From Chrysomallon squamiferum (Eukaryota; Animalia; Mollusca): a stretch of 64,000 bases of DNA. Within the stretch, counting starts at the first letter, position 1; each line of letters opens with the position of its first letter. A program made the position numbers and the translations under genes. Shown piece by piece: positions 24,029 to 38,000 of the stretch. The notes beneath the pieces were generated by a model, which did no database searches, was not told the origin of the DNA, and was given only the letters and a program-made list of their open reading frames with translations. The stretch is from positions 10,478,001 through 10,542,000 of the forward strand of contig CM022671.1 in the NCBI GenBank assembly GCA_012295275.1. Direction: 5' to 3'.

Positions 24029-26361
24029 GTTATTATTGTTATTCTTGTAGCAATTTAGTTTTTTCTCAAAAGAAACTATAGTACATCAAATTTGAAAGTA
24101 GTGTAGAGAAATTGAAAATAAAACATTATAGAAGTATGTAAGATAAATATTTCTGACTAAAATATTAAAATCTAAAATGTAACAAAAGATAATAACAACA
24201 TAATAGAGCTTATTTAGCTGATAGTTCTCTGTAATCAAAAGAGCTCCTGAAATTATTGCACTGATTTCATTGTTGAAGTAAGATTAAATATTTCTTCAGA
24301 CTATTTCAATGTTGATATTAATCTGTGTATCAAGGGTTTGTTGTTAAGCGTAGTCTTCTAAACTGATTAAAATAGAAAATAATAAATAATAAATCATATT
24401 ATTAAAAATGAATAAATAATAAAAGTTTAACTGCACTTGGTAAGATTTAAAAAAAAAAATATTATGATGGAAACAATCCACAACTTCAAATCAGATTGAG
24501 TAAAATTTTCAACGAAAATATAAAAATGACTTAGCATTAATTTGAAACTAAGGGTATATTCAAAGACAATTCAAGAAACTACTAAAAACAAAGGTTTAAG
24601 CATGTATTATCATAATTACAATTTATCAAACTGGTACTAAGACATTGTATTGTAATGTCAATATCACAATGAAGTAAGGAAAAAAAAAAAATTCTGCAAC
24701 ATACATTTTTTTTAAAAGCCTCATCATTAAGTTTATTTTTCAGGAGTATAGAGCTTTAGAAATAATTATCAACTGAACTACTGTATTTTTATTATTATTA
24801 ATATTGCTGTTATTGTTGTAGCCATTTTTGTTTTATTCAAATCAAACTGTAGTACATTAAATTTTGAAAACTGTACAGAAATTGTCAACTAAAAATTCTA
24901 CAAATAAGTAAGATAAATATTTCTGATAAAATATTAAAAGCTAAAATGTAACAACAAATTAATAGACCTTATTTCGGATATTAGAAATTAGAAACTAGAA
25001 ACCATTTTAACTCATAGTTCTCTTTCATCAAAAGAACTGTTGAAATTATTGCACTGATTTCATTGTTGAAGTAAGATTAAATATTTTTTCAGACTATTTC
25101 AATGTTGATATTAATCTGTGTATCAAGGGTTTGTTGTTAAGCATAGTCTTCTAAACTGATTAAAATAGAAAATAATAAATAATAAATCATATTATTAAAA
25201 ATGAATAAATAATAAAAGTTTAACTGCAGTAGGTAAGATGTAAAAAAAATATATATATATATTATGATGGAAGCCATCCACAAATGCAAATCAGATTGAG
25301 TAAAATTTTCAACTAAAATATAAAAATCACTTAGGGTCATTCCGTGTCAAATCACCCAAAAAAGAAGAAATTTAAATCGACCGTCTTACTCGATGATCAA
25401 GAGAGATGGTGATTCCTAGCATTCAGAATTGATCATTCAGGTTTTAGTTAATCAGATGTTAATGGCTGAAAAGGTGTTATTTTCATGTATGTGCATTTTT
25501 TAAATCTATATTGTGGCTAAACAAAAAATACTAAACCCAGGAAACTTTTATATGTTTTAGGTAACATGTGGGAGATTAAATTTCAATAAAGGTCATCTCA
25601 AGATCACGTGATCCACACGGTCAATTTCAAGGTCATAGCAAAGGTCAAAAGGTCAAGGTACTCCAATATTTTCCAAACTAAACACAAATGGCAGATTTGG
25701 TATCCTTGACATTTTGCCTTTCTAACAGTACCAATTTTATGAAGATTGGCCCAGTAGTTCCTGAGATATGAGGGTTCTAAGGTTGATGTTCACACCCATT
25801 TTTGGCAAAAATCTCAAAATTCAGTGGGCCGTATCTCCCACACCACTGTTCTGATTGGGCTAACATTTCAGATTTGGTGCTGTGGGATCCCAGTCAACAA
25901 GTATACCAAGTTTCATAAAAATCTGAGACGGTCGGGTTTAAACCATTGGGTGATTTGACACGGAATGACCCCTTAGCATTAATTTGAATGAGAGGGTATA
26001 TTCATAGATAATTCAAGAAACTACTGAAAACAATGGTTATAGCATGTATTACCATAAATACAATTTATCTAACTGGTACTAAGTCTTTCTATTGTAATTT
26101 CAATAGCACAATATGAACTAAGTAAAAAAAAAAGGATTAAATATTTCTTCAGTCTAATCAAGTGTCGATATTAATATATACATCAAGAATTTGTTAAGGT
26201 TAGTTTTCTAAACTGACTAAAAGAGAAAATAATAAATAATAAAATATTGATTATTAAAAATAAATAAATTATAAAAATTTAGTCAGTCATTAAGATTTAA
26301 AATAAAATAAATACAGCATGAAGGAAACAATGCAAAAATTCAAATCAGACTGAGTTACATG

Positions 26362-26409
<48 letters not shown>

Positions 26410-26470
26410 AGCATTGCTTTGAAACTACTTTTCTATCTACATGTAATTCAAGAAAGTACTGAAAATAATA
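23555..26470 (+). repeat. Tandemly reiterated local repeat family R1 (~0.8 kb subunits)
   Basis: 24255-24530 is nearly identical to 25045-25330; further degenerate copy at 26135-26470. Confidence 0.85.
25334..25971. mobile_element. 638 bp MITE with perfect 26 bp TIRs and 4 bp TSD (Sola2-like GRG termini; PIF/Harbinger is the alternative)
   Basis: CTTA|GGGTCATTCCGTGTCAAATCACCCAA ... TTGGGTGATTTGACACGGAATGACCC|CTTA; paralogous empty site with a single CTTA at 24530-24533. Confidence 0.92.
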
Positions 26471-26656
26471 GATCAAGTAAGTGGAACCAAACTTTCAGCT
26501 CGACTGATCAAGATTATCGAAAAATAAACAATAAAAACCTTTGAGTCAGTGAGTGCATCATTAAGTCAAACAGTTTCTTCCTTCTGAATACATGCACATA
26601 TATACATAACTGAAACACAGATAAACACACACAGACTATTATGCTAATGATTAAAA

Positions 26657-26692
<36 letters not shown>

Positions 26693-29301
26693 TAATAACA
26701 ATAGTAAAGAAAAGAAAAGATATTTACTGATTTAGAAACAAACACTTAAAATTTATAAATTACTTTTATTGACATCAACTCTTGCTTTCATTTGAAAATT
26801 CAGTATGATAAGAAAGTGAGAAACAGATATTATATATTTATTTCTCATGTTTTATTTATAAAGAAATCCCAGTTTATCAGTTGAAATTATTAAGAGAAAG
26901 CCAGGTATTTTATTTCAATTCTTTTACTTGTTTAACTTCATCTGACGTGACAAGCTGACCTGTTTGACCAGTCAGCTTGTTTCTGTTCACACCACAGAGC
27001 TGTCATACTGACAGGACAGCTTCAGTCTGCACTCTAAAATGTTATTGTTAAGTGTCATGCTTCAGTAACCACTGGCTGGCAAAGTGAGTTGTTCTGTCAC
27101 TAGGTGACAATGTTACAATTTAATACCACTGTGTGAGTTCTAAACACCATTATTTGGTTTTGGCACTGTTGAAGTAAGTGAAAGAAAATTCAACAGAAAA
27201 CAACAATTGACTCTTTTTGGGATCTTTGGTGGCTGTTCGTCAATCATAAGTTTGAAAAGTAAGTTAGTAGAAGATACATACTTGAATAGAATCGATTTAC
27301 CTTCCAAATGAATTTATTTTTAATTTTTGAAATATAATTATTGCATTATGTAACATGCTGTGTAAATTTTGCTTCATTTATTTCAGAATAACAAGTACAT
27401 CTGCATTATTATCAAGGTGTTTCTGAACTCACGTGTTTTGGTAAGTATTATTATTATAAAGTTTTGTATAATTATGATAGTTATTTTATACTGAAATAAT
27501 ATACATCCAGGTTAATTATTTGTATTGTTTTGATGTTAGCAAAAAACACAACACTATAGGTATATACACATAAAGTCACACTGTTGTTTGTGTTTATAAC
27601 TGTTTTCCAGCAAGCCTGTTGTCTAGTTAGTTTGTTAAATGTATGTTGTAAAAGTAATACTTAATACTTAGCCCAGACTGAAGACATTTTGGTTGTAGAT
27701 CACGTACAGAAAAATGAACTTGCATGCTATATTTCTGCCATAAAATAAATTTCTGCTATTACAGTGGTAATCATATAATTGTAATCTTATTTTATATTAC
27801 ATATTCATTCAAATACATAAGCTGATACAACTCCTTTTCTGTTATTGCTTTCTTTAAGACCATTTGAGTGACTGAAAATTAACTATCTTATTTCCAATTA
27901 ATTACCATATACTGCGCATGTTTTAGTATCATTGCTCACATAAAGCCAAAATACTGTTTGTGTTGATAAGTTGTCATTGTCATGGCTACACTAGTAAAAA
28001 GCAGATTTAATGGAATTTGGAGATACGGTTTCATGCCTGTTGGTCTATCGGTCTATCTTGTTATTATACAAGACTGTTGACTGGATGCTTAGAACTGCAC
28101 ACAGCTTTAAATTCTTTCATAAAAATAAAGTAGTTTTTTGAATTGATAAAATATGTGAAAACTGTTTTAACATTAAAGATTTCTAAAATTAATAATCATT
28201 TCTTATTGTTTATTTTTATTTTATTTTACAGATTATGAAGCTTCAAAAAGAATATAAAGCAGAAGCAAAGCAGAAAACGGATGCTGTCTACAAAATACAT
28301 GCACAAACAACACATGTGCATATACTTACTGTGGCTTGTATGAACAGTAAGTAATAAAAAAAACTATTTTATTTCTTGAAATAGTACAATTTGTAAAATT
28401 GTATAAACAGTTTCATTTTGCATAAAACAGATATGTTCTATAAATATTTCTTTAAGAAAATCTAAATTTTTATAACAATTATATAAATCTCATCAATTAA
28501 GAAAAAAGAAAGAAACAAACAACAGGAAAATAAACTGAAAAACCTCCAATATCGTTTTTCCTCATCATCCATAAATATATACTGATATTTAAAATTGTGT
28601 TTGTTTCACAAATTAAAACAATTTTTGATTTATTATTGCTAACTTCTTAATCATGAATAGTAACATGTACATATATTTTTTTGATTACAGCAATTGATGA
28701 GGCAAACTTTCTCCAAATTTGTGAAAAAAGTGAAAATATGGACATCAAAATTAAAATAAAGAAGAAAAAAAGAAGAAAGAATAAGTCATTAGAAAAGGAA
28801 GCTTGAACGGAAGTGAACAAAGCAATAATGAGCAAGCCACAGTTATTAGTAAGTCGAGATAATTTCTGAATTGCTGTATTTTATCTACATTGCTATTGTA
28901 ATGTTAGAATTAGCATTCCTAGTATCAAGTATGTTAGTATTTTCATCAGTCAAATGAAGTTTCATTTATTGCTGTTTTCAAAAAAATTCTAAATACTTTT
29001 ATTATTTTTTTTTTTACTTTGATTGGTTAAAATGTGTTGTTTATTAGTTCTTGTTTTTTCAAATTTATAATTTTGATTCTAATATTTTTTTTTTCTTTAT
29101 TTTTCTCTGACATGGATTTTAAAAATCTTTAATTTACTTCATTATTTTTAAAATTTCTTTTTTTTATTTATTTATTTATTTATTATTATTATTGTTATTA
29201 TTATTAATATTATTATTCTTTAAATTTATAATTTTTTTTCTTCTTTTTTCTGTTATGAACTTAAAAATATTTTAGTTTAATTTTTATTTATTATTTACTA
29301 C

Positions 29302-29347
<46 letters not shown>

Positions 29348-30454
29348 TACATTCATTTTTTTTCTTTCTTTTTTCTGTTATGAATTTAATAACATTTTAG
29401 TTTAATATATTTATTTGTTTACTACTACTACTAGTGCTCTTATTATTATTGCTATTATTATTATTATTACTATTATTATTATTATTATTATCATTATTAT
29501 TTTATTTAAAATTACTATATGTGTACTTAAAATTATAGTTTCATTATAAGATTAATAGACCTCAATTTTGAAAGAGAAAAGAAATCAGTATCAAATAAGA
29601 TATACATATAGTACAATAGATAAATGTATTGTTATTTTATTGTGGACTTTTTGTTTTTTGAAAAAAAAAATGTAGTTAAATCAGTAGTGGTATATTTTAA
29701 TTTTTCTTTTCAAAAATTATTTCAGTGTGGTATTTTTTTTCCACCCCTCCATGTTTACATTAAGATTATCTGTAATATCTCAGGTAAAAGTGTCTTTAAA
29801 GTGTTATACATTTGTATGAACACATAAAATATTACATTAGTATCCACTTATGTATCATAAGCACATTCAAGTAAAAGTGACAACCAGTAATGGAGAAAAC
29901 TTCTGTTGTTCCCAATATTTCTTTTACAGAATCCTTGTAGGGTAAATTTACTTTTACTTTTTTTTTACTTTTTGAATTTATCATGAAAAGAAAATGTGAG
30001 TAACACTTAAATAAAAACAAACAAACAAAACGCACACATGCATTGCATTAAAAAAAATTACAATGACATTACATTAGACATCAGGATGATACTAAGATAA
30101 GATCTCTTTTTCAATAGAAACAATATTGAAAAACATCTTAAAGAATATAAGTGAATCTTTATGAAAAAAATGAGGTTGGTTTGTTTTCATTCAGAAAACA
30201 ACAACTTTAGAGTATTAAGTTAAACTACTTTAGCTTTCTTTGAGAACATTTTGTCTCTTCTTGATTGCTAGAATTAAGAAGTAGAAAATTTGACATGTAG
30301 CAAGGAAAACAGATGCTTTTTCTAGGGTTATTTTGCCCCAAGACTGAAACTATTTTCTGATTTCCTCTTATTTGATTTCATCATTTTTATATTTTATTAG
30401 AACTAATAGATATTTATCCTTTGCTGCTTCTTGCACATGGGTATAAACATTTGG

Positions 30455-30860
30455 TATTTCCCCATTCCAGCCAGTGGCCCTTGTTTGTTTCATCAAAGGC
30501 CATGGTTTGTTCTTTGCTCTTGTTGTAAAGAGTTATTATGAAACAATCCTGTCTGCTGTGTGACAAAACTAGCCAACTGTTAATGTTAAAATGAGGTTTT
30601 TTAATTCCTCTTTCACTGTAAATTAGCTATAATTTCAAAAGATAAATAACATGTATCTGAACATTACTGTATTCCTGTCACAGTTGTTGTATTTAATGAG
30701 TCAAGCTCAAAATTGTGTTAAGATGAGTTTTCTTTTGAAAGGAACAGAGTATTTCCATTTACAACAAGGGGTCATCTAGAGGTGTTCCCAAAATTGTAAT
30801 ACATGGTTTTCTGTCTGTGAAAGATCCATTTAAAACATTTCTTGCTGTTTCATCAGTATT
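30455..30860 (+). mobile_element. Degenerate SINE central-domain remnants (V-SINE-like)
   Basis: TTCCAGCCAGTGGCCC...CAAAGGCCATGGT...ATCCTGTCTGCTG (30455-30560) and CATGGT..CTGTCTGTGAAAG...TTCTTGCTG (30800-30848) resemble the conserved core of invertebrate V-domain SINEs, recalled from memory. Confidence 0.45.
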
Positions 30861-30914
30861 ATTGCACTGCCATAGGCTGCCATTGTTGAGAAAAAAGCTT
30901 CAGCATATTGTTTG

Positions 30915-31260
30915 AAAATCTTTTTGTTTTGTCTTCGTGCAGCCAATACCTTTCCAGTCCTTGTCCAGTCCATTCCTTCATATTCCATTCCTCTTGTTGG
31001 CCTTCATCTAAACCTTTTCCCTTCTTATGGTTTTATGTGGTCATATGCAATATCCACAGGTTGTACTGTGTTCAACTCCTGTGCCATGCACTTGTCTGCT
31101 TGTGTTCATCATGTTCAGTCATATATGTTTTCTCTGATTAATCTAGCAGTACAGAGTTTCTTCTCTCTGATATAACTACTAAAGAAAAATCATGTATCCT
31201 GTATTTTGTTGGACAGCTCATTAATTCATTCAGTGTCTTTCTTAGTGATGTTTGTAAAAT
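30915..31260 (-). mobile_element. RTE-clade LINE 3' remnant
   Basis: Minus strand reads EGKRFR*RPTRG...KEWTG...AAR, like the EGKRxRGRP...W...A.DR C-terminus of RTE ORFs; heavily decayed. Confidence 0.55.
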
Positions 31261-31509
31261 TAGTCATTTTTAGAAACAAAAGAGAAAATGAATAATAAGT
31301 TAAAACAAGTAGAAAAAAACAAAAGTAACCATTAAACAAAGATGAATATTTGCATTTGTAAATTATATATTTTATTTTACTTCAATCAAAGCATTTCAAA
31401 TTATTTTGTTCTTTTTCAAGTTTTTGCCTAACATTGTCTGCTGTACTGATTATGTACAGTAGAAATATGTCAATCATAGTAACTTGTAGAAAGTAGATGT
31501 TAAACTACA

Positions 31510-31609
<100 letters not shown>

Positions 31610-32071
31610 AATCTAAATAAAAAATACACATTGGCGTGGAACTGCCTGTCTGTGTAGTCTAAAGAGTGCTAGTACTATTTGGTCTTGTATACTTTTATTT
31701 GAAATATTGTCATTTGTATAGTGGTGGGGAGAAACTTTTCACTTTAACAGCAGGGATCATGTGAAGCAGGCTAGTTGTTCTGCACAATTAAAAACAAGTC
31801 AGATAACGTTTTGATTGACAGAGTAAATACAATGATTTCACACTTCTAATTTAAATAAACATATTCCAGAGGAAGAAACCTAAATTAGGAACAGTCCACG
31901 CATTTTAAATATGGATGTAATAACAAAATGATAACTTGTACAAACATGTTGATCTTTATTTCAGTTTTACTGGTGGGATAGATTTATTTTCATGGTACTT
32001 TTGGGTCCTATTTTTTCTTTTCTTTTTCCTTTTTCTTTTTATTTCGGGGGAAACTCGTATATGTAGAAAAA

Positions 32072-33830
32072 AGTAGAATAGAAGTTGGGCTGGTTACTGG
32101 AAATAAGCACATTTGATTTAAACTGTATTATATAAAATCAGAGACAGCTGTTGTGATAGAAATCATAAATAAGCAACTAAGGAGAAGACAGCTTGATTAT
32201 TCAGAAACATTATATAATTCTGTTGTTGGCAACTCAAACAAAACAACTGAACAGAGGCGATCCTAGTTACTAGAAATAAGTACACCTAACATACATTTTA
32301 CTAAAATTATGTAAGAAAAGAGTAGAATAGAAGTGGGCTGGTTACTGGAAATAAGCACATTTGATTTAAACTGTATTATATAAAACAGAGACAGCTGTTC
32401 TCATAGAATTCATAAATAAGCAACTAAAGAGAAGACAGCTTGTTTATTTAGATACATTATATAATAAATAAATAAATAAAGTTTAAAATTTAAACACATA
32501 GGCATGATGGATATTGTTAGAAACAAATACATTTGGATACTTTAATAAAATAACTGGACAGAGGTAATGTTAGTTAAAAGAAATAAGTACACCTGATATA
32601 AATTGTACTAAAATTCTTATATAACAGCAGAGTAGAATAGAAGATGGGCTGGTTACTGGAAATAAGCACATTTGATTTAAAGTGTATTATATAAAATCAG
32701 AGACAGTTAGCTGTTGTGATAGAAATCATAAATAAGCAACTAAGGAGAAGACAGCTTGATTATTTAGAAACATTATATAATTCTGTTGTTGGCAACTCCA
32801 ACAAAACAACTGAACAGAGGTGATCCTAGTTACTAGAAATAAGTACACCTAACATACATTTGACTAAAATTATGTAAGAAAAGAGTAGAATAGAAGTGGG
32901 CTGGTTACTGGAAATAAGCACATTTGATTTAAGCTGTGTATTATATAAAACAGAGACAGCTGTTCTCATAGAATTCATAAATAAGCAACTAAAGAGAAGA
33001 CAGCTTGTTTATTTAGATACATTATATAATAAATAAATAAATAAATAAATAAATAAAAAATAAATAAATAAAGTTTAAAATTTAAACACATAGGCATGAT
33101 GGATATTGTTAGAAACAAATACATTTGGATACTTTAATAAAATAACAGGACAGAGGTAATGTTAGTTAAAAGAAATAAGTACACCTGATATAAATTGTAC
33201 TAAAATTCTTATATAACAGCAGAGTAGAATAGAAGATGGGCTGGTTACTGGAAATAAGCACATTTGATTTAAACTGTATTATATAAAATCAGAGACAGTT
33301 AGCTGTTGTGATAGAAATCATAAATAAGCAGCCAAAGAGAAGACAGCTTGTTTATTTAAATACATTATATAATTCTGTTGTTGGCAACTCCAACAAAACA
33401 ACTGAACAGAGGTGATCCTAGTTACTAGAAATAAGTACACCTAACATACATTTGACTAAAATTATGTAAGAAAAGAGTAGAATAGAAGTGGGCTGGTTAC
33501 TGGAAATAAACACATTTGATTTAAAGTGTATTATATAAAATCAGAGACAGTTACTTTTTGTGATAGAAATCATAAATAACCAGCCAAAGAGAAGACAGCT
33601 TGTTTATTTAGATACATTATATAATAAATAAATAAATAAATATAAATAAATAAACAAATAAATAAATAAATATATAAATAAGTTTTAAAATTTAAACACA
33701 TTGGCATGATGGATAGTGTTAGAAACAAATACATTTTAGTTGACTGAATTCAGTTGTTGGATACTTTAATAAACTAACTGGACTGAGGTAATGTTAGTTA
33801 AAAGAAATAAGTACACCTGATATAAATTTA
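32072..33830. repeat. Tandem array with alternating A (~250 bp) and B (~310-350 bp) monomers, 3 dimers; degenerate copies continue to ~34650
   Basis: AGTAGAATAGAAG unit starts at 32072, 32321, 32631, 32884, 33223, 33476. Confidence 0.92.
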
Positions 33831-35019
33831 ACCAGATTGATATTCTTAATGGGTGGATATTTATAACATTTTGACAAAAAAAGACAAATAAAAAGAAAAA
33901 ACATTAGTTTCTTTAAAGAAGCTCACCAGACATTACATTATTTAAATTGTGTACAGTGATGAAATGCTAAGTACTGTTAGAATTATTTTTATAGCTGGCA
34001 TAAATTTTATTAAAATTATTATATAATTAAACAGTTGAATAGAAGTTGATCAGATTACTGGAAATAAGCACATCTGATTTAAACTGAGGATTGTATAAAC
34101 TCAGAGACCGCTCTTTTGATATTAGTCCAAAATAAACAACTAAACAGAAGACAGCTTGTATATTTAGAAGTATTATAATAAATAAATAAATAAATAAATC
34201 AGAATTTAAAAATTTAAACACATAGGCATGATGGATATTGTTATAAACAAGTACAATTTTGTTCAGATTTCATTCAGTTTTTGGTTACTTTAATAAAATA
34301 ACTGAACAGAGGTAATGTTAGTTGAAAGAAACAAGCACATGTGATATAAATTTTACTATTTTGATATTCTCAGATATTTATGAAAATAAATGAAAAGAAA
34401 TAGCATTAGTTTCTTCAAAAAAAGCTTACTAACCATTGCATCATTTAAATGTTAGTTTTGGAAATCTATTGAAAATGCTTCCACAGAACAGTCTAGGATA
34501 TTGTGGAACAATTGCATCTATTTTCACTTCTTTTCTTTTCCTTGTATTTAATATTGAAGTTGATGGTTAATAGTAATAATTATAGTAAAACTACTGAATA
34601 TAAATTGAGTTAGTTATTAGAAATAAGCACATCTGATTTAAATGTTCTGTTATTTAAACTCTTACATTGGTAGCTGAAATAAACAGCTGAATAGATGTAA
34701 TACAGGTACAGAGATAAACGAAATGTGAAATAAAAAAACACTTTGGAACTTATTGATATAACTTCATGGGAAACTTTACAGTCATAAAAGCATAGTGGGG
34801 AATTTATGTTTTTCATATCATGTTTTTTTCTTTTTTTAATTTCTTTTTATTTCTTTTTTCTTTTTTTTTAATTCATTTCTATAATCATTGCTTAAAACAA
34901 AAAATGAAAACTAAAAATTGTTTAGAAAAAATCAACAACAGTAGATGGGTGGTGTCCATTTTTTCAGCAGGTTTAAGGCATTCCAATATCATTGCCCAAA
35001 CTGTGCCCTGTAGTTGATA

Positions 35020-38000
35020 ATCCATCCTAGGTAGAAACAGTCCTGGTAATGCAGTCTCATTCCTGATATTCTGACGCATGACTATCCTGTTTGCTGACAT
35101 CCATTTTAGATAGGGATTGTCTCCACCCTCCTGTCTGTTCATTGATGAGTGTCATATTTACTGATAATTCCAGTTATTTAAAAATGTCTACTAAAATTTC
35201 AGTAAGTTAACAAATTGTACTATTAAAATTATAGCTTTATATTTCTTGGTAGTTAATTTCGCTTAAACATCCATGCAAGAGGTATTTAAGAAGCACTAGA
35301 TAAAGAAAAAGAAAAGGAATAATAATAAAATTTAAAACAAAAATTGTTTAATGCACTCTAATGTAATGTAAACTTAAAATATTTTAATTCTTTGATGATC
35401 TGGTCAGGAATAGTGACTGACCAGTAGATAACTGGAATGGTGTCATTTTTCCTGTAGGGCAGACAGATCATCAGAGATTTAATAATAATAACTTTGAAAA
35501 ATCTTTTGTCTATTTCTCTTGCCTAACAGGACAAGTCTTTCTACTCTGTGATGGTCTGTGCAGTAGTAGTGAATGACCAGTGAATAATCTGAAAACATTC
35601 ATTACTCCTGTGGGGCAGACAGATCATTGGAGAGCTTTCACTTCTCATTTTATTTCAATTTATCGATTGAGATTCAGAATGATAGGTGTCTTCAAAACAT
35701 TAAATTTATCACATAAACATTTTACTTATTAAGCACTTACTATGCTGCACTAATTGATAAACAGATAGAAGGGTTACATCCATAATCTGATATGCCTAGT
35801 GTGTAAATATGACACTTCCACCAATGGGGAGCATAACGGTGATACGTTTTGTTTAAATGTATCAATAAAATCTTCTTGAGAAAGCTTCAGTATGCTCATT
35901 ATATTTTCATTTGTAAGAAAAGAAACATTATAAGTTTTGAACTGTCATGCGTCAATATGCTGGTTGACCAGCCAAGTGTGCTGTAATACCAAAACAGTTG
36001 GGGATTATAGTCTACATATCCCTTTAAGTCATTACATATTAAAACAGAAAGTAAACCTTAAAAAATTATATATATATACTTTATTTAATATGGGGTAATT
36101 TAGTTACATTTTCAATATATTTTAAAGTTTCATTCTTATCATTATTATTTAAAGCAGCAATACAAAAAAAGTTACAAATGAAAAGGGAAATCATTGTCAG
36201 TTTAAAAATCTCTTTGTTTCAAACAAGAAAATAAATTAACATTAAAATTTACAACTTTGTCTGATGTGCTTATTTCTAATCCCTGACAGGTATAACATTT
36301 ATATTCTATGGTGATATAATTACTTTTTTCATCATATTATCATTTACTTAATGTTAGCTAGAATACTTATAAATATTGCATTTAAAATTAAAATTAAACT
36401 TTTTACAAAATAGTAAATTTTAATGTCATGTTTACTTTTCAAAGATATATTATTAGTATTATTATTAGTATTATTATTAGAATTCGAATTTTTTTTATTG
36501 TTCATGGTTTAAATACTTAAGGATATATATCAGTAATTATTCTATATTTCATGCAGTAACATTTTGTAAAGTAATTATAGTAAAACATGAATTTCAAGCT
36601 AGGTGACATTATTTCAAATATAAAGCATTGCTGTGGCTATTTCTAATAACTAACAAGTATGAGATTTCAATTTAATGTTTTTATTATTTAATTAAGTAGC
36701 TGCCTTAGTTATTATAACTAAAATAATGTGTTTAAAAGAGAATACCTTAAATATTCTTTTAATGATTTTATATATGATAAAATATTGATATAAATATACT
36801 GATTTAGAAACCATTTCTGTTTATAGTATACTGAAATGAATGAATGAATGCTTTTTTCTCTTTCTTTTTTTCTAAGAAATAAAGAAAAGAAAAGAAACGA
36901 AAAGAAAAGAACTAATAGTAGCTACTTTATGGAAAATCTATATAATATCTATAAGTAAAAGAATAAAGTATTAAATATTAATGTTAATTTAGTTTTATAA
37001 AATATAATACAGAACATGCATTAAAAAGTTTTTAGTTGATGAGTTGTTTATGTAAACATTATGACAATAAGAATGACAATAAATTCAATGAATCGATGAA
37101 ACAAATTTAGGCATTTTGCACTGTAGAAAAATGTAAGGGGAATTTTCCAAAAATTTAAAATGATGAATACAGAAGAAAACAAAGAAAAGTAATATAAGAT
37201 TGAGGTTTTAAATGGATTATTTGTAAAAAAAATAATAATAATAAAAAAAAATCATTGAGTAGAAATTACTGATTCTGTGTAAAGCAAAATCAAAGAAAAG
37301 GAATGTTTTCCAGCCTTAGAAATAAATACAGATTTAGATATCCTATTCATTTCTTTAAAGCAATTCAAAATTATTTAGGATAGGTATTAGCAGACGATAG
37401 TATTTAATCTCTTGAGTAGCTGCAGTATCTGCTATACTGGTCAGGTTTGACTTCCCATGTACAAACACTGACAGATTAGTTGTCACTGTACAAATTCCAG
37501 TGAATTTCCTCATTGTCATCAGTCCTATACCTGGATATCATCTACTTCTAACATATGTTGGCATTAGATAAACACTTGGTAGTGAAGAGGTTAAATTCTG
37601 GGTACACTGTTACTGGTAATGGTTGCAATAGTTTCTAAATAATTTCAGTCCTCAGGGAACAGATATTTAATAAGCATTTAGTAAACAATAAAAGTATATT
37701 TAATATAATGTGAACTAACAGTTAAAACATTTTAATTCTCAGACAATCTGGGCAGGAGACAGATCAGCAGATTTATTATATAAAATAATAATTACTGATA
37801 ATGGTTGTAATATAACTGAAAAGAAGTTAGGTTACTGAATAAAAATACGTTCATCAGATTTAAACTTTATGGTATTCAAGTTCTGGTTTCTATAATCTAG
37901 CAAGTGAATAGAAGTGAAGTTAGTAGAAATAAATACATCCGAGTTAGATTTATATTTTCAGTAAGGGTTTGGAGTTCACTAACAATTCGTGTAAACCAAC

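Noticed and set aside
28232-28349. Cys-rich toxin-like frame GCCLQNTCTNNTCAYTYC
   Set aside because: In-frame stop just upstream, odd Cys number, no signal-peptide exon found; kept only as an exon-like unit.
33950-33980. C/D snoRNA suggested by GTGATGA (also ~38373)
   Set aside because: No suitably placed D box or terminal stem; the sequence is part of the local repeat.
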